From contig OZ242296.1 of the NCBI GenBank assembly GCA_965207735.1, positions 864,001-928,000 of the forward strand: 64,000 nucleotides of DNA. The letters run 5' to 3'. The stretch comes from Candidatus Versatilivorator sp. (GTDB taxonomy: Bacteria > Acidobacteriota > Terriglobia > Versatilivoradales > Versatilivoraceae). A model generated the notes under the pieces. The model searched no databases and had not been told where the DNA came from. It saw nothing but the letters and a program-made list of their open reading frames with translations. A program made the position numbers and the translations under genes. This document shows positions 1 to 9,261 of the stretch, in pieces; positions within the stretch are counted from its first letter, which is position 1, and each line of letters begins with the position of its first letter.

Positions 1-361
1 CGGGGGCTAGCCGGTAGTCGGATAGGCAGGCGGTGGGCCGACCCATGAGTTGAGCGTGCAGCTGCTGCAGGTCGGCTGGTGTCGCCGGAGTATTCGCCCG
101 GGTTCTCTCCAGGAGCCAGCGGAAGCCCTTGACGTGGTACTCCCGTTGGCGCCGTCGTTCGGTTCGCCGGGATTCCGGCTCAGGTTCCACCCCTTGGCCG
201 GGCTCGTCCAGGGCGCAGTTGTGCCCAGCCCAAAAGTCTCCAGTCAGTCGCTCGAAGATCGCGGTGGCTCCGGGAGACCCCTGCCGCTCCTTCCACCGAT
301 CCCGTTGATCGATAATGCCGGCAAACAGCCGACGGGTCTTCAACTCGAATCCGTTCCCCAC
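1..361 (-). CDS. Partial CDS running off the window edge, possible Fic-family protein N-terminus
   Basis: Hand translation from GTG at 361 (GAGG upstream) is open to base 1: MGNGFELKTRRLF...TPADLQQLHAQLMGRPTACLSDYRLAP. The 'l..lH..l......yR' pattern resembles the region preceding the Fic motif; the motif itself lies outside the window. Confidence 0.4.
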   Translation of the reverse strand, partial: MGNGFELKTRRLFAGIIDQRDRWKERQGSPGATAIFERLTGDFWAGHNCALDEPGQGVEPEPESRRTERRRQREYHVKGFRWLLERTRANTPATPADLQQLHAQLMGRPTACLSDYRLAP

Positions 362-382
362 TGTCGGCCTCGCTGCCTGCCC

Positions 383-865
383 TCAGCCGGCCCCTCTCTG
401 TTTAATGGCCTGACGGGCTTCGCGCTCCATTGTCTTGTGTTTCTCTTTTTCCCGCTTGTCGAAGAGTTTCTTCCCCTTGGCCAGAGCGATCTCACATTTG
501 GCCCGGCCCTTGTGAAAGTAGATGCGAAGCGGCACCAGGGTCATGCCGCGCTCGCTGGTCTGACCGATGAGCTTTCGAATTTCCCGGCGGTGAAGCAACA
601 ACTTTCGCGACCGCAGGGGTTGGTGGTTCATGCGGTTTCCCTGTTCATAAGGGCTGATGTGGCAGTTGAGCAGCCACACTTCCCCTCCTTTGACCACACC
701 GTAACCGTCCTTCAAGTTGACCCGACCGGCTCGTATGGACTTGACCTCCGTCCCACGCAAGGCCATGCCGGCCTCAAAGACGTCAAAGATGTGGTATTCG
801 TGGTAGGCCTGCCGGTTCAGGCTGACTATCTTCGCGCCGGCTCGGTGCGTGGTGGAAGGCTTCAT
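383..865 (-). CDS. smpB: SsrA-binding protein SmpB
   Basis: NRQAYHEYHIFDVFEAGMALRGTEVKSIR, RKLLLHRREI, GKKLFDKRE motifs; start taken at ATG 865. Confidence 0.97.
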   Translation of the reverse strand: MKPSTTHRAGAKIVSLNRQAYHEYHIFDVFEAGMALRGTEVKSIRAGRVNLKDGYGVVKGGEVWLLNCHISPYEQGNRMNHQPLRSRKLLLHRREIRKLIGQTSERGMTLVPLRIYFHKGRAKCEIALAKGKKLFDKREKEKHKTMEREARQAIKQRGAG

Positions 866-891
866 GAGGCACGCCACTGCTATTGGGAGGG

Positions 892-1590
892 CTATTTCCG
901 CTGGTAGGGGTTGGGTGCTCGGCGGTTGGGACTGACAGACGGCTGTCCCCCGGCCGGACGCGGAGCACGCACCTGTCCGGGCTGGGCTGCAGGGGGTTGG
1001 CCAACGACGGGAGGTCGGCTGCTCAAGCTTTGGCCGTAGGGTCGGGTGCCCGGCAATGGGGACGCCGGCTGCGGAGTCAGAGGCGCCTTCGGTTGAACCG
1101 ACGGCTTTTTCTTCGGCGACCTCGCCGCCCCCCGGGCTGGCGTACGCGAACGTGGGTTGAAGGGCGTCGCCTTGGGGCTGACGAAAGGTCTTCGGCTGGA
1201 CCGAGGGGCCGGACGACTACGGCGGGCCGGTGGCGCGATCTTCTTGGATTTTCCGGATACGATCAACTGGGCCAAGCTGTCCGGGCGGCCCGCCCGAGCC
1301 AACAGAAAGTAGTCGAATCCGCTCCCTTCCATAATCTTCACAACGGCATCCTTGACTCCCAGGCCCCGAATCTCGATCAACGGGATTCGCTTGGACTTCA
1401 GCTCGTTGGGGATGTCCACTTTCATTCCCGTGTGACTGCCCAGGAGAACCAAAATGCTTCCGTAACTCTCGTTCGAAGCCGTCAGGTTCAACCGGCTGCC
1501 GTCAAACGACAGGTTCGCCTGGGCCGCCGCCGGGGGTGGAATCGTGGCGGCGGCCAGCGCCAACGCAACTGTCCATAGAGCCCTTTTCAT
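892..1590 (-). CDS. Secreted hypothetical protein (signal peptide, small secretin/STN-like domain, Pro/Arg-rich tail)
   Basis: N-terminal MKRALWTVALALAAA signal peptide, a globular segment, then a low-complexity P/R/A tail; co-oriented with smpB. Confidence 0.7.
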   Translation of the reverse strand: MKRALWTVALALAAATIPPPAAAQANLSFDGSRLNLTASNESYGSILVLLGSHTGMKVDIPNELKSKRIPLIEIRGLGVKDAVVKIMEGSGFDYFLLARAGRPDSLAQLIVSGKSKKIAPPARRSRPAPRSSRRPFVSPKATPFNPRSRTPARGAARSPKKKPSVQPKAPLTPQPASPLPGTRPYGQSLSSRPPVVGQPPAAQPGQVRAPRPAGGQPSVSPNRRAPNPYQRK

Positions 1591-1735
1591 CGGTTGTCCT
1601 CACTGGTGCCCATTTACGCTCCATCCTACCACCACCGCCGGTCCAAGACAACCGGCGCGAAGTCGCATGGGGGACGCCTCCGTCGGGTTCTGGGCGAACC
1701 GATTCGGCACGCCAGGGGCAACCGGTAGCACCCAT

Positions 1736-1944
1736 GGGGCGCGGCGTTTGCCCCCCTTCCGGATCGACTGCGGGCTGCGCCCATTGGTAGTCGCTCTCGG
1801 GACGCCGCGCTTGCCCCCCTCCGGATCGACTGCGGGCTGCGCCCTTGTCTCTCCGACTCCCCCTCAAGGGGGGAGTGATACTTGAGGCCTGTAGAGGGCT
1901 TATTGCCCCATTCCTGGGCAGGATGTAAACCCTGTTTCCGGTCT
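1736..1944. repeat. Composite REP/MITE-like element, family A, copy 1
   Basis: Two tandem units of GGGACGCCGCGCTTGCCCCCCTCCGGATCGACTGCGGGCTGCGCCC, then hairpin ACTCCCCC-TCAA-GGGGGGAGT (1856-1876); near-identical to 38406-38616. Confidence 0.85.
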
Positions 1945-2132
1945 GCAGGCTGTCACGAAGGACTATCAATGACAAACCTTCCCAACCCCTGGCGTTTCCC
2001 TCTCGATTCTTATCCAACCCCTGAGTGGTCCTTCGTGGAAAACTCTTTTTCCTTTTCTGCTTTTCGTGGATAACCACTCCATATGGTTTCAAACCAGGGT
2101 CTGATACCATAGAGGTTACGGGAGGTTCTGCA

Positions 2133-3002
2133 ATGGCGTCGTCCACCTCGAAGTTCGTCGTTGACCTCAAACAGGACCAGTTTGAATCGGAAGTTGTTGA
2201 AAAGTCCCATACCACCCCGGTGCTGGTGGATTTCTGGGCTCCCTGGTGCGGCCCCTGCCGAAGCTTGAGCCCGGTCCTGGAGAAACTGGCTGACGAATAC
2301 GCCGGGGCCTTCCTGCTGGCCAAGATCAATACCGACGACAATCCGGACCTGTCTCTTGCCTTCCAGATACGCAGCATTCCACAGGTCGTTCTTTTCCTGG
2401 AGGGAAAGGCCGTCGACCAGTTCGCGGGAGCCATTCCGGAACCCGAGATTCGCCGGTTCCTCAAACCCTACTGTCCCGCTGAGGTCGACAAGCTCTTTGC
2501 CCAGGCGCAGGGAAAACTGGACGCAGGACAAAAAGAAGAGGCTCGAGGACTCCTCGAGCAGGTGGTCTCCGGCGAACCACAGCACTCGGCGGCCCGCCTG
2601 GCTCTGGCCAAGCTGTTGATTGGGGGCGAGCAACTGGAAGAGGCCCGGACTCATCTCCAGGCGATCCCCTTTCTGGCCGACGAAAGGGAAGCCGCCGACC
2701 GACTGGAACAGGTCATCGGGTTCCAAGCGAATTGTGAGGCACTCGGCGGTCAGGCGTCCCTGAGGCAGACCCTGGAAGACGATCCAAGAGACCTGGCTGC
2801 CCGCATGGCTTTGGGCTGCTGTCTGGCTGCCGCCGGACAGTATCGGGAGGCCCTGGAGGAATTTCTGGCGGTGGTCTCTCGTGACAAACACTACCGGGAG
2901 GATTCCGCCCGCAAGGCCATGCTGGCCCTTTTCAGCCTGATTGGGGAAAGAAGCGAACTGGCGGAGGAATTCAGGGGACGCTTGGCCCGAACGCTCTACT
3001 AG
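2133..3002 (+). CDS. cnoX: Thioredoxin-TPR chaperedoxin (CnoX/YbbN family)
   Basis: VLVDFWAPWCGPC thioredoxin domain followed by TPR-like helices ending RGRLARTLY; GGAGG RBS before ATG 2133. Confidence 0.9.
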   Translation: MASSTSKFVVDLKQDQFESEVVEKSHTTPVLVDFWAPWCGPCRSLSPVLEKLADEYAGAFLLAKINTDDNPDLSLAFQIRSIPQVVLFLEGKAVDQFAGAIPEPEIRRFLKPYCPAEVDKLFAQAQGKLDAGQKEEARGLLEQVVSGEPQHSAARLALAKLLIGGEQLEEARTHLQAIPFLADEREAADRLEQVIGFQANCEALGGQASLRQTLEDDPRDLAARMALGCCLAAAGQYREALEEFLAVVSRDKHYREDSARKAMLALFSLIGERSELAEEFRGRLARTLY

Positions 3003-3016
3003 GTCGATCGGCAGCG

Positions 3017-3418
3017 TCAGCCGCCCGACAGAAGGCGCTTCCAGACCGCCTCGGCCACCGGCATGACCGATAGGCGCGGCAGCCGCACCAGGTCGAAATC
3101 CCTAAGTTCCGGGTCCGACTTGATGTGGGCAAGCGGAATCGGTTCCATCAGCTTGCGTTTGGGCTTCACCTCCACCACAACCAACCGGGGATCGCCGCGC
3201 TCGGGATCGGGAAAGGGGTCGCTGGTCACCTCCGCGATCCCTGCCACCATCCTCTCGCCTCCGGTGTGATAGATCAGGGCTTGATCGCCCCGACGGATCT
3301 GCCTGAGGTGCTTCAAGGCCAGGTTGTTGCTGACCCCGTCCCAGAGAGTCACCTGGTCCCTTTCCAGATCCGCATAAGCATAGTCCGAAGGTTCGGTCTT
3401 CAGTAACCAATAGGCCAT
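3017..3418 (-). CDS. EVE domain protein
   Basis: YWLLKTEP...WDGVSN..A...GD.ALIYHTG...RLSVMPV motifs. Confidence 0.93.
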   Translation of the reverse strand: MAYWLLKTEPSDYAYADLERDQVTLWDGVSNNLALKHLRQIRRGDQALIYHTGGERMVAGIAEVTSDPFPDPERGDPRLVVVEVKPKRKLMEPIPLAHIKSDPELRDFDLVRLPRLSVMPVAEAVWKRLLSGG

Positions 3419-3429
3419 GGAGATTCTCC

Positions 3430-4152
3430 CTATTTTCTGGGCGGCCGCGTGGGGCGAAGCTCCACCCGGCTGGGTAGCGACCGGGGATCGTGCCGAAGCA
3501 GATCCACCACCACCCGGGCAACGTCCTCGGGTTTAAGCTTCCATCGGGCCTGCTCGCCGACCCGATGTCCGCGGAAACCGGTGTTGACGCTTCCCGGGAG
3601 GACGGCGCTCACGCGGATGTTGTCGTGGCGCAGATCCTGCATGATGGCTTCGCTGAAGCCGTTGAGGCCGAACTTGGAAGCACTGTAGGCGGAGCCGCCC
3701 GCAAACCCCTGTGTCCCCGCCAGGCTGCCGATGTTGAGGATGTACCCGCCCCCGCCTTGTCTCAATATGGGAACGGCCGCATGGCAGCAGTGGTAGACGC
3801 CGGTGAGGTTGGTCCCAATAACCTCCTGCCACTGCCGGGGAGATATCTCGGCGATATCGCCCATGACTCCCACCCCCGCGTTGTTCACCAGGATGTCCAG
3901 ACCTCCGAATTCCCTGACAGTGAAGTCCACCAGGGACCGGACTTCGTCGAAGCGGGAGACGTCGCAGGCCGCTTCCCTGATCCTGCCTGGCCACCGCCTT
4001 TCCAAGCTGTCGACACAGGTTGACACTGCCTCCTTGGTGCGGGCGCAGACCACCACCCGGGCCCCTGCCTCCAGCAAAGCAGAGGCGATGGCGCGACCGA
4101 TTCCCCGGGTCCCGCCAGTCACTATGGCAATCCGGTCTCGAATCGATTCCAC
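3430..4152 (-). CDS. SDR family oxidoreductase
   Basis: TGGTRGIG, NNAG and YSASK motifs. Confidence 0.95.
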   Translation of the reverse strand: MESIRDRIAIVTGGTRGIGRAIASALLEAGARVVVCARTKEAVSTCVDSLERRWPGRIREAACDVSRFDEVRSLVDFTVREFGGLDILVNNAGVGVMGDIAEISPRQWQEVIGTNLTGVYHCCHAAVPILRQGGGGYILNIGSLAGTQGFAGGSAYSASKFGLNGFSEAIMQDLRHDNIRVSAVLPGSVNTGFRGHRVGEQARWKLKPEDVARVVVDLLRHDPRSLPSRVELRPTRPPRK

Positions 4153-4350
4153 GGCGTTTCCTTCCCTTACGGTCCGGAGCCCCGGCCGGTCCCGTAAGCG
4201 GTCTCTCGACTCCGGCGCCCAAGCCCGGCCGCGCCGCTTGGAACAGCGTCGCCCTGCCTCAAGACGGCCGGGAAAAAGCCCTTATGGGAATCCTTCCAAT
4301 TGTGCTATTAATGGCTTCCCCGCGCGCTGCTCCCACGCCTCGGACTTTCC

Positions 4351-5070
4351 ATGACCGTTTCGCTGTTCATCCCCTGCCTGGTAGATCAATTCTTTCCCAG
4401 TGTCGGCATCAACCTGGTCAGGATCCTCCGAAAGGTGGGGGTGTCGGTCGACTACCCCAGTGAGCAAACCTGCTGCGGTCAACCAGCCTTCAACTCAGGA
4501 TATCACGAGGAGGCTACTCAACTGGCTCGGCGTTTCCTGGAGGTCTTTGGAAAAGCCGAAACCATCGTCTCCCCTTCAGGCTCCTGCGCCAGCATGGTGA
4601 AGGTGTTCTACCCGGAGCTCCTTCGGGACCCCGGCCTGAGCCGGCAACTCCAGCAAATCTCCAGCAGAACCTATGAATTTTCCGATTTCCTGGTCAACGT
4701 CATGGGAATCAAGGACCTGGGAGCCGCCTTTCCCCATCGCGTCACCTACCACGATGCCTGCCACCTGCTCCGGGAGCTGCGGGTGCATCGAGCTCCCCGC
4801 GAGTTGATCCGGCACGTGCGCGGCATCGAGCTGGTGGAGATGGAAAACAGCGACGCCTGCTGCGGTTTCGGGGGCACCTTTTCGGTCAAGTTTCCGGAAA
4901 TATCCACGGCCATGGCCCAGGACAAAGGTACAGCCATCCTCAAGACCGAAGCCGAGTACGTGGTGGCCAACGACTCCAGCTGCCTGATGCAAATCGGGGG
5001 CTACCTCAGTCGCCGGGAGCTCCCCGTCAAGCCGCTCCATCTGGCCGATCTTCTGGGAGAGAACCTTTGA
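4351..5070 (+). CDS. lutA: Lactate utilization protein A (CCG domains)
   Basis: CLVDQF, QTCCGQP, YHDACH, CCGFGG; first gene of the lutABC cluster. Confidence 0.9.
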   Translation: MTVSLFIPCLVDQFFPSVGINLVRILRKVGVSVDYPSEQTCCGQPAFNSGYHEEATQLARRFLEVFGKAETIVSPSGSCASMVKVFYPELLRDPGLSRQLQQISSRTYEFSDFLVNVMGIKDLGAAFPHRVTYHDACHLLRELRVHRAPRELIRHVRGIELVEMENSDACCGFGGTFSVKFPEISTAMAQDKGTAILKTEAEYVVANDSSCLMQIGGYLSRRELPVKPLHLADLLGENL

Positions 5071-6485
5071 GCGGGATGAACCGTACGCCCAGCCAGTTCA
5101 AGATCGTTGCCTCGGAGAATGTGGCCGACCCGCGTCTTCGCCAAACTTTTCACTCGGCCACCCACCATGCCCTGGGGCAGCGCGCACAGTCGGTCCGACT
5201 GGTGCCGGAGTGGGAAGATCTCCGAGAACGGGCCCATCGCATCAAGGAAGAAGCCATCGAGCATCTGGACCTCTACCTGGAGCGGCTGGAAGCCAGCGTG
5301 ATCGAGCGTGGCGGCCGGGTGTTCTGGGCTCGGGACGCCAGCGAGGCCGCCGGCTACGTAGTGGATCTCTGCCGCAGGCTGGGAGCCTCCACGGTGGTGA
5401 AGTCCAAGTCCATGGCTGCCGAGGAGATCGGGCTGACGGATGCGCTGGAGGCCTCCGGGGTAGAACCCGTGGAGACCGATCTGGGCGAGTTCATTATTCA
5501 GGTAGCGGGCGAGACCCCCTCCCACATCATTGCGCCCGCCTTGCACATGACCCGACAACAGATCGGCGGCCTTTTTCAGGAAAAATTCGGAATTCCCTAC
5601 ACCGACGTCCCGGCCGAATTGTGCGCCTTTGCCAGGCAACGGCTGCGACAGGAGTTTCTCTCGGCCCGTCTGGGCATCTCCGGCGTCAATTTCGCCGCGG
5701 CCGATACGGGCACCATCGTGGTGGTGGAAAATGAGGGCAATGCCCGGCTTTGCACCAGCCTTCCCCGAGTTCACCTGGCCATCATGGGTCTGGAGAAAGT
5801 GATCCCGCGCTTTTCCGACCTGCCGCTGTTTCTGAAGCTGCTGGCCCGCAGCTCGACCGGGCAGAGGCAGACCAGCTACGTCTCCATGATCAGCGGTCCG
5901 CGCCGAGAAGGGGAATGGGACGGCCCCGAGGAATTTCATTTGATCCTTCTGGATAACGGCCGCAGCGACATCCTGGCCGATCCCCGGGTGCGCCGTTCGC
6001 TTTACTGCATACGCTGCGGCGCCTGTTTGAATACCTGCCCAATTTACCAGCGGGTTGGCGGTCATTCCTACGGCTCGGTCTACTCGGGACCCATCGGTGC
6101 CGTGCTGACGCCCTTGTTCCAGGGTTTGGAGGCGGCTCAGGATCTGCCCTACGCCTCCTCGCTTTGCGGTTCCTGCTCCAATATCTGTCCGGTCAAGATC
6201 GACCTCCATCACCAACTGCTCTGGCTGCGCGAAAAACTGGTGGCCCGAGGGTCGACGCCCTGGCGGGAACGACTGGCCATGACTCTCTACGCAGCCGGCA
6301 TGAAGGATCCGGCGCTGTATCGGATGGGTTCTGCGATTTTGCGGCTGTTGCTGAAGGTAGCAGGCAGGGGCGGCCGTTCTCTCGCCATTCCGGGATGGAG
6401 CTCTACCCGGGACTTTCCGGCTCCGGCCGAGACATCCTTCAAGCAGTGGTGGGAGGAAAATCGAAACCAGCGAGAGGAACCATGA
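5067..6485 (+). CDS. lutB: Lactate utilization protein B (Fe-S)
   Basis: VKSKSM, ETDLGEFIIQ, CIRCGACLNTCP, SSLCGSCSNICPVKID. Confidence 0.92.
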   Translation: MSGMNRTPSQFKIVASENVADPRLRQTFHSATHHALGQRAQSVRLVPEWEDLRERAHRIKEEAIEHLDLYLERLEASVIERGGRVFWARDASEAAGYVVDLCRRLGASTVVKSKSMAAEEIGLTDALEASGVEPVETDLGEFIIQVAGETPSHIIAPALHMTRQQIGGLFQEKFGIPYTDVPAELCAFARQRLRQEFLSARLGISGVNFAAADTGTIVVVENEGNARLCTSLPRVHLAIMGLEKVIPRFSDLPLFLKLLARSSTGQRQTSYVSMISGPRREGEWDGPEEFHLILLDNGRSDILADPRVRRSLYCIRCGACLNTCPIYQRVGGHSYGSVYSGPIGAVLTPLFQGLEAAQDLPYASSLCGSCSNICPVKIDLHHQLLWLREKLVARGSTPWRERLAMTLYAAGMKDPALYRMGSAILRLLLKVAGRGGRSLAIPGWSSTRDFPAPAETSFKQWWEENRNQREEP

Positions 6486-7195
6486 ACGCTTCCCGGGATG
6501 TTGTTCTGGGCCGCATTCGCCGGGCGCTACTCCGCCCCGGCACCGGGCATGGGCGGGAGCAGAGTAGCCTGGGCAAGGTCCAATCCACCCCCGACCACGC
6601 CGGCTCCGTCCATCTCCTCGAACAGTTTCAGGAAGAATCGGCACGGGTGGGTGGAGAACCCCGACTTTGTGCGGATTTCGAGGAGGCGGTGGAAGGCATT
6701 CAGAAACTCATTGCCGCCGCCGGATACCGAAGGATCGCCCTCTCCGACCATGCAATCTGTCGCCGCCATCGGCTGGAGCTGCGGCTCGCGGAGCTGCTTC
6801 CCGAGGTGAGCCTTTGGAGCGAGGAGGGAGATGCCCAAAGCCCGGGTTCCCGCCGCTGGAATTCCGCACAACTGGCCCAAGCGGACTTGTCCATCACCGG
6901 TGCGGAATTCCTGATCGCCGAAAGCGGAACGGTGCTACTCACCAGCAGCACCTCCAGTCGTCAAATCAGCCTGCTCCCCACCGCACATCTGGTGCTGGCC
7001 ACCCCCGAGCAGATCTATCCCGACCTGGCGGCCATCTTCGAGCAGCTGGGCACCGAGCCGGCGGAGGGCCGGTTGCCGGCGGCGCTGACGATGATCACCG
7101 GCCCCAGCCGCACCGCTGATATCGAGAAGGTGTTGATCAAGGGCGCCCACGGTCCGATGAGACAACTCACCTGGATCATCGGCGGGGAGGCTTAG
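6482..7195 (+). CDS. lutC: Lactate utilization protein C (LUD domain)
   Basis: IAESGT, ISLLP, ITGPSRTADIE..L..GAHGP; ATG 6482 overlaps the lutB stop. Confidence 0.88.
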   Translation: MNASRDVVLGRIRRALLRPGTGHGREQSSLGKVQSTPDHAGSVHLLEQFQEESARVGGEPRLCADFEEAVEGIQKLIAAAGYRRIALSDHAICRRHRLELRLAELLPEVSLWSEEGDAQSPGSRRWNSAQLAQADLSITGAEFLIAESGTVLLTSSTSSRQISLLPTAHLVLATPEQIYPDLAAIFEQLGTEPAEGRLPAALTMITGPSRTADIEKVLIKGAHGPMRQLTWIIGGEA

Positions 7196-7237
7196 TTCGT
7201 TTGAGTCGAAACAACGTGGACAGACGAATCAGGTATG

Positions 7238-7336
7238 GTGAATGTTGGATTGTTGATTGTAGATTATTGATTTGAGGCAAATTGAGTTGTCCTTGCTTCC
7301 CAATCAACAATCAGAAATCAGCAATCAACAATTCAT
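7238..7336. repeat. Inverted arrays of 7-nt repeats forming a long imperfect hairpin between convergent lutC and nuoN
   Basis: Left arm GTGAATGTTGGATTGTTGATTGTAGATTATTGATTT; right arm CAATCAACAATCAGAAATCAGCAATCAACAATTCAT; AT-rich against a GC-rich background. Confidence 0.8.
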
Positions 7337-7369
7337 CGATTGTCGGTTTGAGGCATGGCCCCGCCAGAC

Positions 7370-8860
7370 TTAGAGTCCCCCGAAGAGGGTGATGGAGTTG
7401 GCTGTCCAGCGGTCGATAGGGGCCCAGAAGACAATCAGGAGGATGTTGGGAACCAGCAGCAGAATCAGCAGGGCCCGGTTCAGTGTGGAGATGCGCAGTG
7501 GCGTGGGCGGACGGTCGTCGTTCTCCAGGATCATGTGTTTCATGATCCTCATGTAATAGAAAGCCGCGACGGCGGCATTGAGAGCCCCTACGACCGCAAA
7601 CCAGTAAAGGCCTTGTTCGATGACGGCGCCGAAGATGTAGAGCTTGCCCATAAATCCGGCAAATGGAGGAATCCCGATCAGGGACAGCAGGAAGATGCTC
7701 ATGGTAATAGCCAGAAAGGGCGAGCGGCGGAACAGCCCGTTGTAGTCCTGCAGCTCGAACGTCTTCTCGCTGTTGAAAATGACCGTGACCACGAAGAAAG
7801 CGCCCAGATTCATGAACAGGTAGACAAAGAGATAGACCAGCATGGCCTTGAGGCCGCTCCCGGTCAGAAGGACCGCGCCCATCAGGATGTAGCCGGCGTG
7901 GGCGATGCTGGAATAAGCCAGCATCCGCTTCAGGTTGTTCTGGGTGAGGGCGGCGATATTTCCCAGCGTCATGGTCAGCACCGACACCACGATAAGCACC
8001 ACCGGCCAGTCCACGCCGTTGATGGATCCCCACTCTCCCCCAGCCGGTTGACTCAACCCACTCAGGAAGAAACGCACCAGAATGGCAAAACCCGCGGCCT
8101 TGGGCGCAACCGAGAGAAAGGCCGTGACTGGCGTGGGAGCTCCGGTATAAACGTCCGGACACCAGAAATGGAAGGGTACCGCGGCCGTCTTGAATCCAAA
8201 ACCGGCCGTGGTCAACACCACCACCAGCACCAGGGTCACCTGGTTGAACCCGACCACTTCCTGTGCCAGCAAGGCATCCCGGATCGCGAAGAGATCGAGG
8301 CTCCCGGTCATGCCGTACAGCAGGGAGAATCCATACAGCATGGCCCCGGTCGAGACCGCCCCGAAAAGGATGTACTTCATGGAGGCTTCGTTGGAAAGGC
8401 GATCGCTACGCAGGTAGCCGACCATGATATAGGAGGTCAGAGACACCAGCTCCAGCGACAGGTAGAGCATGGCCAGGTGGGCCGAGTTGGCCATCAGCAA
8501 CATTCCCAGCGTGACGGCCAGCAGCAGGGCATGGAATTCCCCTCGGTGAACGGAAGCCAGCTCTTCGGAGTGCAGCGAACCCAGCATCACCAGGATCCCT
8601 GCCACCAGCAGGAACACCTTGAAGTAGAGGGCAAAATTGTCCAGAGCCAGCATCCCTTCGAAGAGAGTCATGGCCGAGCCATGATCGGTCAGAAGGGTGT
8701 AATAGAGCGCCAGCAGGAGCGCCACCAAGGTCAGCAGAGGGTTGACACGGTTCCGCAGCCCCTTGAGGGTAATGTCGGAAATCACCACCAGCAGGATTCC
8801 ACCCAGCAGGATCAGTTCCGGGTAGAAGAAGGTCAGGCTGTCCAGGTTGCCCAGGTTCAT
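7370..8860 (-). CDS. nuoN: NADH-quinone oxidoreductase subunit N
   Basis: EASMKY, GFGFKTAAVPFHFWCPDVYTGAPTPVTAFLSVAPK, KRMLAYSSIAHAGY. Confidence 0.95.
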   Translation of the reverse strand: MNLGNLDSLTFFYPELILLGGILLVVISDITLKGLRNRVNPLLTLVALLLALYYTLLTDHGSAMTLFEGMLALDNFALYFKVFLLVAGILVMLGSLHSEELASVHRGEFHALLLAVTLGMLLMANSAHLAMLYLSLELVSLTSYIMVGYLRSDRLSNEASMKYILFGAVSTGAMLYGFSLLYGMTGSLDLFAIRDALLAQEVVGFNQVTLVLVVVLTTAGFGFKTAAVPFHFWCPDVYTGAPTPVTAFLSVAPKAAGFAILVRFFLSGLSQPAGGEWGSINGVDWPVVLIVVSVLTMTLGNIAALTQNNLKRMLAYSSIAHAGYILMGAVLLTGSGLKAMLVYLFVYLFMNLGAFFVVTVIFNSEKTFELQDYNGLFRRSPFLAITMSIFLLSLIGIPPFAGFMGKLYIFGAVIEQGLYWFAVVGALNAAVAAFYYMRIMKHMILENDDRPPTPLRISTLNRALLILLLVPNILLIVFWAPIDRWTANSITLFGGL

Positions 8861-8955
8861 CGAGGATCCAACCTCTCCATTTCCTCCCACTTGGGGAATG
8901 CTGCGCTCAGGACGTTCATCCCGCCGCTCGGCGGGAAGGCGCGCGTCCGCTCCGT

Positions 8956-9261
8956 CTATCTCTTGAGGACGTCGGCCCGGTCCAGATTCACCGTGTTCAG
9001 AACCCGGTAGAGGGTCAGCACGATAGCCAGCGCCACGGCAACCTCAGCCGCTGCCACCACGATGACGAAAATGGCAAACATCTGCCCGTCGATTCCGGAA
9101 GAGCTGTAGCGGGAGAAGGCCACCAGGTTCAGGTTGGCCGAGTTCAGTATCAACTCCACGCCCATCAGCACGTTGACGGCATTGCGCCGAGTCAACACAC
9201 CGAACACGCCCAAGGAGAACAAGGCCGCGCTAATCAACAGGAAATACTTGAGTTCGATCAA
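8956..9261 (-). CDS. nuoK: NADH-quinone oxidoreductase subunit K
   Basis: RRNAVNVLMGVELILNSANLN, AAAEVAVALAI. Confidence 0.95.
   Translation of the reverse strand: MIELKYFLLISAALFSLGVFGVLTRRNAVNVLMGVELILNSANLNLVAFSRYSSSGIDGQMFAIFVIVVAAAEVAVALAIVLTLYRVLNTVNLDRADVLKR

Noticed and set aside
1-362. tmRNA (ssrA) downstream of smpB, suggested by GGGGAACGGATTCGA on the minus strand
   Set aside because: Spacing does not fit the tmRNA 5' end, no T-arm/CCA 3' end is visible, and the region is one continuous protein-like reading frame.
1502-2464. ORFs containing ITPPLRGSRR / PPSGSTAG (also 38171-39063)
   Set aside because: These are translations of the repeat element or antisense to cnoX; not credible proteins.
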